Positions 24,542-58,479 of a DNA stretch of 64,000 bases are shown here, piece by piece. The notes below the pieces were generated by a model. That model saw only the letters and a program-made list of their open reading frames with translations, was not told where the DNA came from and searched no databases. Origin of the DNA: Bugula neritina (lineage: Eukaryota > Animalia > Bryozoa). Position 1 is the first letter of the stretch. Each line of letters starts with the position of its first letter. The position numbers and the translations under genes were made by a program. Where the stretch lies: assembly GCA_964035545.1 (NCBI GenBank), contig OZ037768.1, positions 22,353,319-22,417,318 of the forward strand, in the 5' to 3' direction.

Positions 24542-27500
24542 TTAAGCCCAAACCTGTATCATATACAGCATGTTTAACATCTGGTAAGCAATTAATTATG
24601 CAAAATATATAAATTACCATATTCCTGGCAAGTTGCCAAGTAAATTTACAAAGAAATGTTAAACTCTTTGTATTCATTTGGTGCAAAGTTAAAAAATTTA
24701 AATAGTTGCCAAAGATCCTGTACTAACCACTCGTACAGGTCAAGGCAACGCCTACCTTCAGCATGCTATCCCAACTTCCTGTGCAGAAACCAGTGCCATC
24801 TGGTGAGACTTTGAGACAGCTTACTCGGTTCTCGTGGGCGTACATGATGGTGACTCTCTGCACTTTCAGCACATCCCACACGTTGACTGTGTAGTCGTTG
24901 TAACCCCCAAACAGCAGACGACCTACACACAACATAGTGTCACATTATTCACAGCATGCTAGTGTCATGTCATGTGTCAGTGACAAGTGACACTGCTCAG
25001 CAAGTGCTTGGCCATTTCCAGTGATAACAAATATACATAAAACACAGCCAAACAAAAGCATTTTTTTGAACTTGAAAAATTAAACAAAGATAATAGACCT
25101 CAGTCAAAGATGAAGTAGCAAGCATCATGGAAAATAACCATATTGTATAGTAGACAATGCAGAGAACATACCACTAAGGGAGAAGTCCACAGCGTTGCAC
25201 CCAAACAATATACTCTGCCGCTTGAAACAGCTGATCTCGCGGTCGGCCCGGAGATCAAACATGCGCAGAGTTGCATCATCAGAGCCGGAAGCAAAAGCCT
25301 CGCCACACGGATGGAACCTCACCGTGTTGATATCCGACTCGTGTCCATCGAAAGCTTGTACACATTGCCCGTTTCTCACGTCCCACACCATAGCCATCCC
25401 GTCACAGCCCTACATACGACGTAGCAGAGTGATTTTTTCAACACAGAGCACATATGACATCATATAAAGCATGGTAGAGGCTGACTTACAGTGAATAAGC
25501 GTTTGAGTTCACATTTGAACTCTGAAGGGTGATCGTTTGAATCTGCTAGAAATAAGAGGTCCGCAGCAAATACAGCAACAACAAAAAATGAGTGGAGAAG
25601 AATTGGTAGCTTACATTACTAGTCTACATGCAATACATTATAACCGGTATAAAGAAACAGCTATAGTGTTGATAGAATGTAGTAGATGTCACAGCAACTT
25701 ATCTTAGAGTCTAAGAGTAACTTACCTTAAAGTGTCGGAGTAACTTACCTTAGAGTATCACAGTAACTTACCTTAGAGTGTCACAGTAACTTACCTTAGA
25801 GTGTCACAGTAATTTACCTTAGAGTATCACAGCAACTTACCTTAGAGTATAAGAGTAACTTACCTTAGAGTGTCACAGTACCTGACCTTAGCGTATCACA
25901 GTAACTTACTTTAGCGTATCACAGTACCTTACCTTAGAGTGTCACAGTAACTTACCCCAGACACAAAGGTGTTATAACACTCCGTAGGCGACACATCTAA
26001 ACTCATGACGTCCCCTAGGTGACCCCTGAAACTCTGAAGAAGGGTGCCTGACTCAACATCCCACAATGCACAAGTACTGTCTCCGCTAGCAGTTAATATC
26101 TGATAGAATAAACAGGAAACGTGCTAGCATTATGGTACTTGCGCTATGATCATGGTTGTAGGAAAGCTGGGAAACCCCTCCTCAACAGTAAACAAGCAAC
26201 ATTGTGCAACATCTATACTTTAAATAACTATAATAGATAGCTTAAAGTTGAACTTATACCCTGATAGCCCAGCCTATATAAAATCTTCATTATTTATATA
26301 ATTATTTGAGTCAAATGTCAATGTGCACTCTTATTGGCTAAACTTGGTCTATTATTAGAATACTAGCTGCGATTATTAGCAAGATTATATAGGTTTTACT
26401 TTCTGTATTAGTGAAGTGAGTCATGGATTCACTATGTTTTATATTAAAGCTGCCAAACTAATACTGGAAATTCTTAACATCAACTCAAAATTCAATTTAA
26501 CTTCATTTTTCAAAAACTCAATTTTGTTTAATTTAAAAGAAAAATTTATAAAATAATAAATTTCAATTAATAGGCACACACAGAATGTTAAACTAAGCCT
26601 AATATTTGCTAAACTATTTGAGAGGAGAGAAAATCAAATGCTCACTAAATTATCGGAGTTGAAGAATTTACAGCAAGAGAGGTAGCTGGTGTGAGTCCCG
26701 ACTAGCTTCTTCTTAGTGAAGTAGCTGTGTTCACTGGAGTTGATGGGGTACAAGGTGCACTTGTTGTCAAGGCCTCTACAAAGGGGAGATAACTAACTTT
26801 GTAAGAAGGTTACTGCTTTGTTAGCCAGAAGAAAGTTCAAGCAAGCTTTATTTTTGCCTTTTAAAAAAACAATAAGAAGCACAATTTCAACACAGACATG
26901 CTATTTTATATAAATCTGAATAACTTGGTGTTATCCCTTATTTATGACAGCAAATATTCTAAGATCAGCAACTATTTGTACAAAAGTATAACCAACACAA
27001 GAATAAACAATGAAAAGTTGACTAGTCAATTTATAATATAAAAAGGATACAAACCCAGTAGCTATAGCAGCACCAGAAGGAGCGAATGCACAGGCCATCA
27101 GCCATATTGTTCTGATAGAGATGACGTGTTCCTGTAAAATGTTAGTAATGACACATATCAATGTGAATTCACAAGCCTACTGGTAAGCGTGTGACTCATA
27201 GTACATTATATCTAACAGCAAATGAAATTTTGACATACCTTAGTGTTAGTATACGCGTCCCAGACGATCACAGTGCCATCCTAAAGACATTACAATTCAC
27301 AGAATTAAAATACTTACGTACTAAAACTTGTAAAACTACAATTTAAAATACTAAATAAATTATCATTGATTTATTAAAGATAAATGCTTCACCAATCACA
27401 AACCACAACTAAATCTGGAGCTAGTTTGAAAAGTACTAAAAATTCTAATAATTGGAAATGGAATAGTTAAAACTAAGAATTGAAAAAGAAATAGTAAGAA

Positions 27501-28102
27501 ATAATAATTGAAAATGAAATACTAAAAAATAGTAATTGAAAAATAGTTCAAAACAGTTATTAAATGGAATAGTTGAAAGTAATGATTAAAAATGAAATAG
27601 TTAAAACTGCTAATTATAAAAACCTGAGAAGAGCTGACAAGATGTCTTTTGTCTGAACACCAATCCATGCAGAGCACTTTACTAGTGTGGCCTTTCAGTA
27701 CTCGCCTAGCCTTAGCACTATAAGACTGTATCCCATCCACAGCTGCAGTAACTTCACTCACTGTGACAAACATGAATTCATAATGCCCAGCCTACGCTCT
27801 GTTTTAATTTCAATATTTAAATCTCATTTAAATTTAAATTGAAGTTAACTACTAACTGCACAAGAAACTGTTGAAAAGAAAAAGGAAAGAGTTAAAAGAT
27901 GAAAATATTGTTAGAATAATAACACATTTTGTATTAGATATAATACAACAGTGTATCTTATTTGAACAGTGACTCATAATAGAGTAACGATTGAAGTCAG
28001 CTTACAAGATTTATCCAGAACTTTTGACCTTTCAGCTAAAAGTTTAGTCTTGAGTAATTCTGCTTCTTTTTGAAGCTTGTCTAAAACTCCTCCATCATCC
28101 AT
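24542..28102 (-). CDS. GNB5: G-protein beta-5 subunit (WD40)
   Basis: Exons ~28102-28006, 27760-27624, 27280-27239, 27131-27055, 26775-26646, 26099-25956, 25409-25172, 24922-24756 and 24553-24542 (VWA*). G-beta-5-type motifs [42 protein letters not shown] and HENRVS. Confidence 0.93.
25686..25956 (-). repeat. 23-bp minisatellite of splice-donor copies in a GNB5 intron
   Basis: Sense unit GTAAGTTACTGTGACACTCTAAG, about 12 copies; the first copy is the real donor. Confidence 0.92.
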
Positions 28103-29759
28103 CTTAAATCTCACATATATTTAACAGATTTATTCAATGTAGAAGCTTGCTATATTTTTGGTTTTAGTACAGATGTAGTGAATAAAGGTAGAAGTTTTGT
28201 TGATTTAGCAGAAGAAAGCATTTAGCTCAAGCTGTAAGGAATAGATCATCTTGATAGTCAAGCTAATGGTCTGAGCCCAACAGTTGCACTATAACAACAA
28301 TAAAAACACAGTCAGTGTAGAACGTTTGTTTACCTGGCCTATAAAGCAACCTGAAACTTGATACAGCTTGATATTTTACTGGTGAAATTTTTTTTAAATA
28401 ATCATAAATATTTGAGATTTGTTTTAGAATCAGTAGATAGTAATGTTTATAAGTAGCGATTAGTACTGCCATGACAACCATAACATTAAATTCTATTATT
28501 CAGTTACTGTGGCTAATAGATAAAAATGTTAAAAGTCCTAATGAATTTGACTGCTTACCAATATTCAACATTCAAAGTTTAAATATTATGCATTATAATG
28601 ATGGCAATTTAGCTAAATAGTAGAACGAAAATATATTAATGCTATTATACTATTTCCTATAACAACTAATTTGCAGAACTGAAAACTAAACATTTTATAC
28701 AGTTCACCTAATTTTTATTTTTAAACGTTGCTAAAACAAAATTTATACATTTGATATTAAAAGTAAGGGTTGCTTCAAAAGGACAAAGAAAAATCAAGCT
28801 GTATGATTAATTTTAAGCACACCCCTAACACTGTCTATGTTATACTATATAATATACTGTATACTATAGTATCAGCTTGCATGTTGAACTTGATGTTAGT
28901 ATGATAAGCATCAGCATTAAAGAGAGTATGAGCCTGTATATTTAAATTATGATATAAAATATTGATTTAAAATCAAAATAAAATATTATATAAATACATC
29001 CCCAAGTAACTATGTGTGATTAACCAATGTACTTTTGGTGTCGATCTGAATCTTAAGACTTCATTCTTGTAATTAAGTCAGTTTAGTCTGAAAGTTATAA
29101 CTTATGAGACCGAGTGTCACTATCAGTAAATGCAATTAATGAATTATGAGTAATCAGTATGAGTATGAGTATCACTCTACTAATACTTATACTGTAACTG
29201 TATGAGTATGGTTATACTTATAGTTATACTTATACTCACTTATGAGTTATGGCTTAGTCTTATACTTATAGTTAATAGGTATACTCAGTCAAATGCTGAA
29301 ACACTAAGTCTAATACTAATAGTAATAGTAATACTAATAGTTATAGTAATAGTCCTACTCCTAGGGCTACGCCTACTGTATCGCAGTGATAGTGATACCC
29401 TTACTCACTACTCAGTTACTGTCCTAGTGAATGCGATAGTGATACTAATAATCACACTGATAGTGGTATTGAAATTCAAAATCATAAATCATTTAATCAT
29501 TAATGATCAAGGATTAGGTGAAACTGAAAATGAAAGTCATTATCATTATGATTATGATTACTATTAGTATTAGTATTACTATTAGTATTATTTATTATCA
29601 ATTATGGCTATGAGTATGATCAAATGCTATCAATTTTCAGATGATTTACAATCACTTAATTGATTATTATACATTTTACAAAATTGCTCATCATAATGTT
29701 TCATCGATCAACTTAGTTAAAGTCGCCTACTGGCTACTAGTAGCAGTAGTAGTACTAGT

Positions 29760-30130
29760 CATGGTACTAGTAGTGTTCAGACGGAAGCGTCGAAATGAAA
29801 ATGCGATGTTGCAGTGATTAAGGGAAGATAATTTTTATCTAGCATGTATTGTGGTATGATCGTTGTTATCTCCGCCCTTTTAGTTGAGGCGCACAAAAAT
29901 AACCATATAAGCAGTAAGGTGATTTGCTACGCTAACAAATCACGTGACATGTTTCTATGATAGGCAGCTATCCAATCAAATAATATCAAGCCTGCATAGG
30001 CACAGCTGACAGCCTAACTTACAAGTTACAATAGTTGGACTTCGAGAAGCGCCCATGCTGATAGTGTGACATAGTTGGCTGACGAAAGTATTTTAAAGGC
30101 ACGTTAAGAACTTTCAAACTTTATTTCTTT
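29760..30130. promoter_or_regulatory. Putative bidirectional promoter, GNB5/BSG
   Basis: Lies between divergent genes; CGGAAG at 29782, TCACGTGAC E-box at 29940, CCAAT at ~29972. Confidence 0.5.
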
Positions 30131-30165
30131 GGTTGCCACCAACACACTATAAGTATAAGATAAAA

Positions 30166-33100
30166 ATGAATTGGACTTTCACATTACCTATATTGATATT
30201 TATCTCATTATTTTATATAAATACGTCATTGCCAGGTAAGAAATTCAAGTTTTAATTTAATTTATTAATTTCAATTGTATTTTATGTTATACTAATACTA
30301 ATAGTAATAGTAATACTCCTACTGTAGTTAATTACTAATACTTGAAGTCTACTTGTAGTTGTATATTTATAAATATCAATATGTAGTAGTACTAGTACTA
30401 GTAGTAGTAGTGGTAGTTAAACTCACTAGTTGTAGTTGTACAATTCAATATAATAATCCTTATGATATTATTATAAGCTTGAAGTATCTAACAGTAAAAC
30501 TACATGTAATACTAATGGCAATACTAATACTATTACATGTGATTTTACTGTTAGATTTCCTGTCAGTTAATCATAATCATTCATATTTTGATTTGCAGTA
30601 GCAACATGGAGTTAGTACTCACTACTCAGTTACTGTTAGACTTGGTCCAGCAATTCTCAGAGTTAGTTTGAGTCTATTACTATTAGTATTACTCTATTAG
30701 TCTTACTGTAACTGTCACTGGTGGTGATCACTTGATGCACTGAGTCTGATGCTTTAATTCTATAGCATAGATTGCAAGTTAACCATAACGATAATGGTAG
30801 TTTCGTAATAAGTCTAGCTCTAAAACATAGTCATTTTCATCTTAAGCCTGAAACTCATTTGTTTGAATTACTGAACTTATGGTAACTGAAGTACTAGTTA
30901 TAAGTTATTATTATGATTACGACCATTGTATTGATTGAGTGATTGATTGATTGATTGATTTTATTTCTATCACTAACATAATATATGTTGTGAAAAAAGG
31001 TGTTAAATACCGATGCCCATGATATTTGATCAATTATTTAATGAATGTCGTAGTCACAATAATCGAATTCTTATTAGTAAACCCACTAATAATGAAGCGA
31101 TAAATACTCACATTGTGATGGTGTTTGCTATTAACTTTAAGCTTGATTAGCAATAGGTTAATAGTCAATGACATCATTAGCAAGAAGTTGATTCTAAGAG
31201 TGAATGCGCGAATACAAAGTGTTAACAGCACTGCAAAAGCAACAAGAAAATGAGACTTATTGACTGTAAGGTAGTTGACCAATAAAATAATGAACAGTTA
31301 TGGTAAAGTGAGTTTAAACTGACTAAATAACTGATAACTCAAACATAAAGAAAACTCTCATTTCTTAGTTTTTGAGCCCATTATGACCATTATTTAAATT
31401 ACCAGATAGTTTTAAGGTTGGAGTATGGTAACCAACTGATAAAAATTGATGATAACTATTAAGTTCTACTCACATCAACATCTATGTGTATCCAGGTCCT
31501 TGTTATTCAGACTTGATTTAAATAAACATAAATATATCACATTATGAAATATAAAATAACATTATAGAAACCTAAAACAAAATTAGATATTCATTCAACT
31601 GGTTAATTACTTTTTCAAGATTTTTTGTTTGATGAAATTAAAGCTAATGGAATTATCTATACCATTTTTTTGGACCATATAATACATTCTGCATGTAGGA
31701 CTCTTTAAACCTTGTAAAATTGTAAGATGATATTTTATTTCAAGTAGACACGTTGTACCTTTTAATTTGCTTGAAGAATATTACAGTGATTATATGATTT
31801 CATATAGATTGGTGGCCATTATACACACTAGTGACTGGCACATTACTTATACCTACTAACTAGTTTAGTAGAGCCAATAAACTATTCCAAGTGCTTGACA
31901 TCAATCTGTGCATTCTAATATTTTAATGAAGCTTGCAAGCATTCAATTCCCAGCATTGTCTAAACCAGATTCAGCTCGTTCTACCCCATTGTTTGTTATA
32001 AGCCCTCTTACCTACTTCAGAGAATGAATTTGTGAGGTTAAATGGAGGGGAGTTGATACTGAGTTGTGAGGCTGAAAACGATGGCGTAGACTGGTTTCTT
32101 AATGGTGCTGCCGCGCCGAGAGAGTCAAGCTTGGCAGGCAGCAAAGGCAGCACCATCAACTCTACGTACGTCATCACCGAACTCTCCGCCAATGACACCG
32201 GAATGTACGAATGTCGGTCTGCTAAAACCAGCGTTGCTATCAAGAACTTCACTGTCACCATCATTTCAGGTAAAACATGATTACTCTTAAGAAGAAAGAT
32301 TCATACTGGAATGGTTTTAGTAATTTGTCAAAGCTGAAAGTAGTTTTCATGTGGACTTGATGAAGAATATTGTGTAATGTATACAGTTACATGTGATTCA
32401 CTCATTATAATGTAACTTCAACGCTGATTTTGACACACCTCTGCCTGTTGTGGCAAGAGAAACCTTGGAGCTAAAGTCCTACTTTGTAACACTCAGAATG
32501 TGCTCTGTTTGTTCACTTTAGTCTTAGTATTGAGAAGTTCTTTCCAGTCACTGTGTTATCATATTCTATTGTATGTGCCATGTTACAGTGAGGGTACTCT
32601 GTGCTATTTACTGTATATAGTGTGCTATTTACAGTATATAGTGTACTATATATTGTGTGCTATATACTGTATACAGTATATGTAGTGTGCTATACACTGT
32701 ATGCAGTATACTATATTCTGTGTGCTATACACTGTATACAGTATACTATATTGTGGGTGCTATATACTGTATACAGTATATGTAGCTAGTGTGCTATACA
32801 CTGTATGCAGTATACTATGTACTCTTTACTATAGTTTCTGGAAACAACAGCTCTCTACCAACAGAGAACAATTCCACGGAACTGACTTGCAACGTGGACA
32901 CTGACTTTGTTATTACATCGTTACACTGGCGCAGAAATGACGAGATAATAAACGGCACCTCAGACGAATACTCTGTCACAACCCCTACCACCACACACTC
33001 CACTCTCACTCTTAACAAACCTGGTAGGTTATCTCCTTGCACATTAGGCTTGTAGCTGCAGGTTGACCTTAGGCTGGTATTCGAATGATGGTTTGTTTAT

Positions 33101-36100
33101 GTGAGGATACTAGCGTATTCTCCTGCTGGTATATGCATGTTAGTGTGAGCCAAATCAGAAGTTTGTGAGTTTGTAAGCTAGTCAAGGTAATACAAATAGT
33201 ACAGATAGTGAAGGTGATACAAGTAGTGAAGATAACACAAGTGTAACAAGTATTGCAGGTATTTATTCAGTTTATAAACAATTCATTTCATTTGTAGGAC
33301 CTGAAGATGCCGGACTATACACTTGCGCTTTCACTGCAGAAATTGATGGAGAGATGAGAGAATTTAAACGCCATTTCAGTGTTAATAGTAAGTGTTGTCA
33401 TTTCAACACAGCCTAGCCACTCACTCTAATCTGTTTGAAAAGGGGGAATGTGATTTTGTGATTGTATAGTCTAAATTTGTGTTGCCAGTGGAAAAAATAT
33501 GAGTTTAACTTTAATTATCCTTTGATCAAATCAGGTTGAGTTTAGCAACATAAAACTATGTGCCCCCTCCGTATCTCACTAAGCTGCGGGTCCTGAAACC
33601 TCAATTTGTGACATAATAGAATACCAGATTTAATTCGCAGATTCGTTAAATTTTGCCATTGTGTCCCTACACACACATACGTAAACCACAAGTAAGCCAC
33701 AAAACAGGGGTCCAAGCCCTTCTCGTGACCTATGGACTATCGTGAGAACTAGATCCGTGAGATATAGAGTGAGATATAGAGTGAGCACTGTGTTGGCCAA
33801 AACTAGTTTGTTGTGGCCAGTATATTTGTCTGTGGGTCTAACGCCATGTGTTTATTAACAGCTGCACCAGTAGTGGAGGAGATTGAGAAGCCGAGAAGTA
33901 AGTTGGAAGGCGATGATGTGAAGCTTGAGTGCAAAGTTTCCGGCTTCCCTACCCCCAACATTGTATGGTACCGCAGATTGGAAAATGAAGAGGGTAAAAT
34001 ATTTTGTTATACTTCACTGTGACCGTAATTCCCATTAGAGTCATACAACTGGCTCAGAGTTAAATTAAAATAGTTTATTTTTATTGTATCAAAAGAAAAT
34101 CAAATATATTGATTATATATAATTATATCGTAGGATAATACATAACCATATTATATGTGAATATATATTATATTATATAATATATTGTATAAGATGTTAT
34201 ACAATATTATGTTATATTATATAATAATATATAATCATATTATATAATTATATTGTATATGGATGTGTATTAGATTAACTAGATCCCTGAGTGATTTTGC
34301 TCTTATAAACTGAGTACAACATGCTATCATAAGCCAATATTTGAGGTGAAACTTGTGTATCACAGCTAGCATAGTAGTCATATCTATGCTGTACTAAGAT
34401 GTGTATTTTAGTAGAATTATTATTGATTAGCCAACAAACATGAATTAGTACTACTATTGTGGCTGACTATTCATACTCGCAATGCTCAGGGTTGGGGCTT
34501 AAAAGTTGTGCAGTGCAAAGTTTATGGAGTATATTCCTTAGATCTTGGATTAAGCTGACCAAAATTTAATGTCGCTTTGGATGGAAAATTGTGACTAATA
34601 GAAGCCTTATGCAGTGGTGATAAAAGTAGTTATGAAAGGCTTAGTTGTAGTAGATGTGATGGGTTGGAAGATCTTTCTGTTCATTTTCAGTCAATGAGGA
34701 TTACATAACACATTCACTGATGATTATATTATATAACATCAATTGTTGCATGTATGCCTGCAGCAGGTTAAAGATTATTATCTAAACATAAAATTGAAAA
34801 TGAATTTATTATAAAGTATTTGGAGTTCATGTAAATATATCCGACCTGCAGTTCATCAAGTTGTTATAATTGAAGTATTGACTGTTCCTGTTGAAAGTTT
34901 GGAGGGTAGGAGATAGGTTTTATTGTATAGTTTCAGCCATCAGTAGCCTGCATACAAAAGTAGTTTTTACATGCAAAATACACTGGAGGGACGACTGCAC
35001 ATGTTCCACATCTAGTGATGGCTCGTATAAATATTAATGTTGGGTTTTTCAAGTTCTATAAACAATAGGCAATATCCCTGATAAACACTCAACTCCTTCA
35101 AATAACTGACTAGCATCTTTTAGAAACCTACAATAGCATGAATTGCTTTGATAGATGTGTGTAGGTGATGCCCACTTCTATTCACTATTTTTAAATAAAA
35201 CATGATGATAACCGGGACAAATATGTGCTTATTATTCTCCCCACATTTTTTATCACAATACTTATCATGAGATAACAGTGACACGATAAAGAAGTTTTAA
35301 GTACTTGAGTAGTTTAAGACTTACAGAAGAACAGCCATGAAACTACAACCGTTGCTTTATGACAACTCTGCATGCCTACTTTCTCATATTATGTAAAAAC
35401 TGTGGGACAGCCTCTGGTAATGAGTAAAATATTCAGAAGAAATGAGTTTAAATGATTATGTATATTATGTAATTCTAGTGCTAGAGCTAGTTTTTATGAA
35501 ATCTAAATTATTTTACTTTTCAGTCCAAATTTTTTCTGGTGCGTACTAAATAAAGTAAAAGGACCTTTATATATTTAAGAAAATGTTTTATAATATAGTA
35601 CATTTATCATAGACTAACAATTATTACACATGTAAAGCAGTATATGCATCTACACAGCAGCAAATTGACAGGCAGGAAGCTGGTAATATACACTTGCAAC
35701 TATTACAATGGCTGCAGGTTTAATGGAGCCTAACAAATTACTTAAATAGCATTTCTGATGTGCTTTCTATTCTAAATTTAATGAAAGTGACATGATATGC
35801 TATACAACTATGAAAAGCTATTCTAATAATAATAATTCGATTGTAAAGCTATTATCTGTATGGAATTTGATGAGGTGATATAGTATCTATTGAAATTCAC
35901 AGTCCAATATTTTTTTAGAAAAAGACCTAAATTTTCACAATGAATTCTACAAGTGCTATCTACTAGCATCTGATATGTCACAATGATGCATACTTATAAT
36001 GAAGTTTTAGTAGCTTTCTACGCTGATGGAACAAGTTTTAAATGCTGTCAAAACTTACAGAACAGTAATATATTCAATATGACACCCATTCAAATAGTCT

Positions 36101-38248
36101 GGAAGTAATTTTTAAACTTTTATCGTAGAGAGCTCAGGAAGTGAATCAATTTCATGCATTTTTGTCGTTAGTCAAATTTTGAAAAAAGGTGATTGATTGC
36201 TCAGAAAATTTTGTGTTTCCCTACCAGAGGCTAACGAAATCAAGTTTGACGACAGAGTGACCACTTTGGACAACGAAGGCAGCGTGCCCAATGCTATACT
36301 CCTTTTGAAGAAGTTGAAGATTAAAACTGACAGAGGCGACTATATTTGTGAGGCCACCAATGAGCTGGGGTCTAGTAACAGCACGGTCACACTCAAGGTC
36401 AAAGGTCAGTACAGTAAACACTGGTAGTGTCTGGAAACTTTTTGCAATTTTTTGTTTTTAGAAGAGGTAGGTGCAGTAATGGAGAAATTGAGAAAAGTCT
36501 GTGTTCTAGATTAGAAATGTAGCAAAACCAAAATTCAATAAGGAAATTAAAGAACTTAGGCTATCTCAATTTTTCCACCACTGCTCCTAAAATATGTTTT
36601 AAAAAAGAAGTCTTATTAGGCTTGTAAGAACGACATGCTATGAAATAATTTATAGTACAAACCTCAGGTAGAAATCAGTAAATCAGAAAACTAAAGTTGC
36701 TAGGTAATTAATCATAATATTAGTCATATTTTATGATTTAAATTTCCAGTAAAGTTTGTCAACCACAGTATTTGCAATTTAAATTGAAGCAAGTTGGCGG
36801 CTTTCCATAATCTTTGAAAGCTTCTATTTATTGGTGTGTTGGCCTGTTATAACAATTTTTTTGCCAACAAATATTACTCAATAAACCACCTCAAGTGTGC
36901 CATAAATTCACCCTGGCCTGTTCATCAGGTAGGGAGTTATTTCTCTAAGGCTGCTGCCATTCACAGCCACATTTGACATCTTCCAGCTGCGTACTCTGCT
37001 GGCCACAACTATTTATATGCTATCAATTTTATACTGTAATATCTCTTGTCATGCAAGCAGGACCTTGACTGAAGGAATTCTTACTGCTGTTGACAAAAGC
37101 AGTGCATTTTAGGCAACTGCTTCATGTAGAAACTATTTTAATATAAACATCTTTTGACGTGATGATGCAACTCAGTGATGTAACTGGGTGAAATGTTGTT
37201 ACTAGGGCTTGTTTTAGTTGGACTAAGGTAAACTTCTTGGCTGCATTTACTAGATTTTTATTTTTTCACTCAGAAATCTATATTTGTGTTGTGTCGTAGT
37301 TGGAATGTTTATGAAAACAGTTGAAACTTAGGAATTCGGTATTTTTAGTAGAAATAATTTATATAACCTCCTGGCAGGGTGTATAATACTATTTAGTAGA
37401 CACAGTGTATATCCAGTGGAGCCAGTAACTATAGCCTTTAGTTGTGCAGCTGTATCAGCTGTATATGGTATCAGTAGTGTCAGCTGTATAAGGTATCAGT
37501 AATATCAGCTGTATAGGGTATCAGTAGTGTCAGCTGTATACGGTATCAGTAGTGTCAGCTGTATAGGGTATCAGTAGTGTCAGCTGTATAGGGTATTAGT
37601 AGTGTCTGCTGTATAGGGTATCAGTAGTGTCAGCTGTATAAGGTATCAGTAGTGTCAGCTGTATAAGGTATCAGTAGTGTCAGCTGTATAGGGTATCAGT
37701 AGTGTCAGCTGTATGTGGTATCAGTAGTGTCAGCTGTATGTGGTATCAGTGGAGTAACCAGTCCATACTCGTTTTAGACAAGCTGGCTGCGGTTTGGCCG
37801 TTCCTGGGAATTTGCGCTGAGGTAGCCATCCTTTGTAGTATTATATTCATTTTTGAAAAGAGACGAAACCGTAAAATGGAGGAAGAGGAGGAAGTTGACG
37901 CCGTGAAACAGGATGTGTAAGTAGAAATACGTACAGGAAGTAGTTCAGAAATGTACTTGATGGGTGGACTAGAAGATAGTTTACAAAGTAGAGGTGCGAT
38001 ATTCACTGACTTAGCTCTAAACCTCTCCCTTAACCAACAATGTTATACATGATATTATGATGTTGCCACATGCCGGGACATTATTTCAATTTAACCTACA
38101 AGTTTTAGATCCTTTCAAGGGTAGCAGAGTTTAGTTGGTCCAGTAAGGAGTGAATTCACACTGTTTGCTATATTTCAGGTTGAACCAAGCGAATGGCACA
38201 GACGATAAAGAGCTAAGACAGAGAAACAACACAAATGTGAAAGCCTGA
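30166..38248 (+). CDS. BSG: Basigin/neuroplastin-family Ig cell-surface glycoprotein with three Ig domains
   Basis: Signal-peptide exon 30166-30235; Ig exons 32003-32269, 32835-33023, 33298-33387, 33862-33993 and 36228-36404; TM exon 37778-37916 with LAAVWPFLGICAEVAILCSIIFIFEKRR (intramembrane Glu diagnostic of the family); last exon 38179-38248 with LRQRN. Confidence 0.88.
32590..32834 (+). repeat. Degenerate GTGTGCTATACACTGTATACAGTATA-type repeat ending at a BSG acceptor
   Basis: Several imperfect copies up to the AG at 32833-32834. Confidence 0.75.
36468..36589. mobile_element. Small degenerate MITE-like inverted repeat bounded by TA
   Basis: TAGGTGCAGTAATGGAGAAATTGAGA... pairs imperfectly with ...TCTCAATTTTTCCACCACTGCTCCTA. 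Confidence 0.4.
37445..37752 (+). repeat. 25-bp minisatellite just upstream of the BSG TM-exon acceptor
   Basis: GTATCAGTAGTGTCAGCTGTATAGG, about 12 copies. Confidence 0.9.
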
Positions 38249-39233
38249 GTTCCAACAAATGATGTTACCTCCGTAAATTCTACAATATGTTTCGCTGTAT
38301 TTCACTTTAGATTATTACTTCTAGTTTAACATTTTCTGACTGTATTTATGAGGTAGTCCAGAGTTGTGTTGTATATGTATCTGCCGTTGTCTACAGTGTG
38401 CCGTCATGTATTTTCTCTTACTTAGATCTGTGTGCATACTTTGTTGTTTGGTTACTATAATTTATTGCACAGGCACAAAATGATAGTAGATATATTCAAC
38501 ATGCTGTAGACTTGAAATTGTAATACTGCATTGCCTACTGTGATGTTTGTTTTATATTTTAAATAATAAAAATGAGATTCTGACTGATTTTATGCATTTG
38601 TGCCAATATTAGCCATGGATTGGTCATGTTAGTCACGTATTTTCATGTTGTAACTAATAACACTATTTAAATATATTTTGTAATAATTCAACAATATATT
38701 TTACAGTTTGTTATTATACTGAATTATATAATCATTTTTCTTCACAATAAATACATTTATAATATGTACAAAACTTCCTATCTTATTTTCCATACACAGT
38801 TTTTCTAAAAGAGTATCCTGGTTAAACCATGCTGTCTACACCTTCATTGTTTCCCTGTTGCTAGGTAACAGAACACGTGAGGTTCTCCATTTTCGTAACA
38901 TACACGTCATTACTTTATAGATAAAAATATAACAATGTAGAGAAGATAAAAGTAGTTTTCCTATAAAACACCATGATAATAAACCTCAAGAAAAGACTAC
39001 TGTGTTGATGTGTAATGACTGCACAAAAGTAGCTGGAAATATGGTGGTATAAATATTGAAATGATAAATAAGCCACAAGAACTTATCTATGTAAATAGTA
39101 AGTTAATATTACTATCATCAAGTTTAGATTTTAGTCGGTGTTATTTATAATGTAGATTAAAACATTAAAAATTGGGTGAAAACTGGATAGAAAAACTCTA
39201 GAGTATACAACATAAACAAGACACCAGCTGATT

Positions 39234-58479
<19,246 letters not shown>

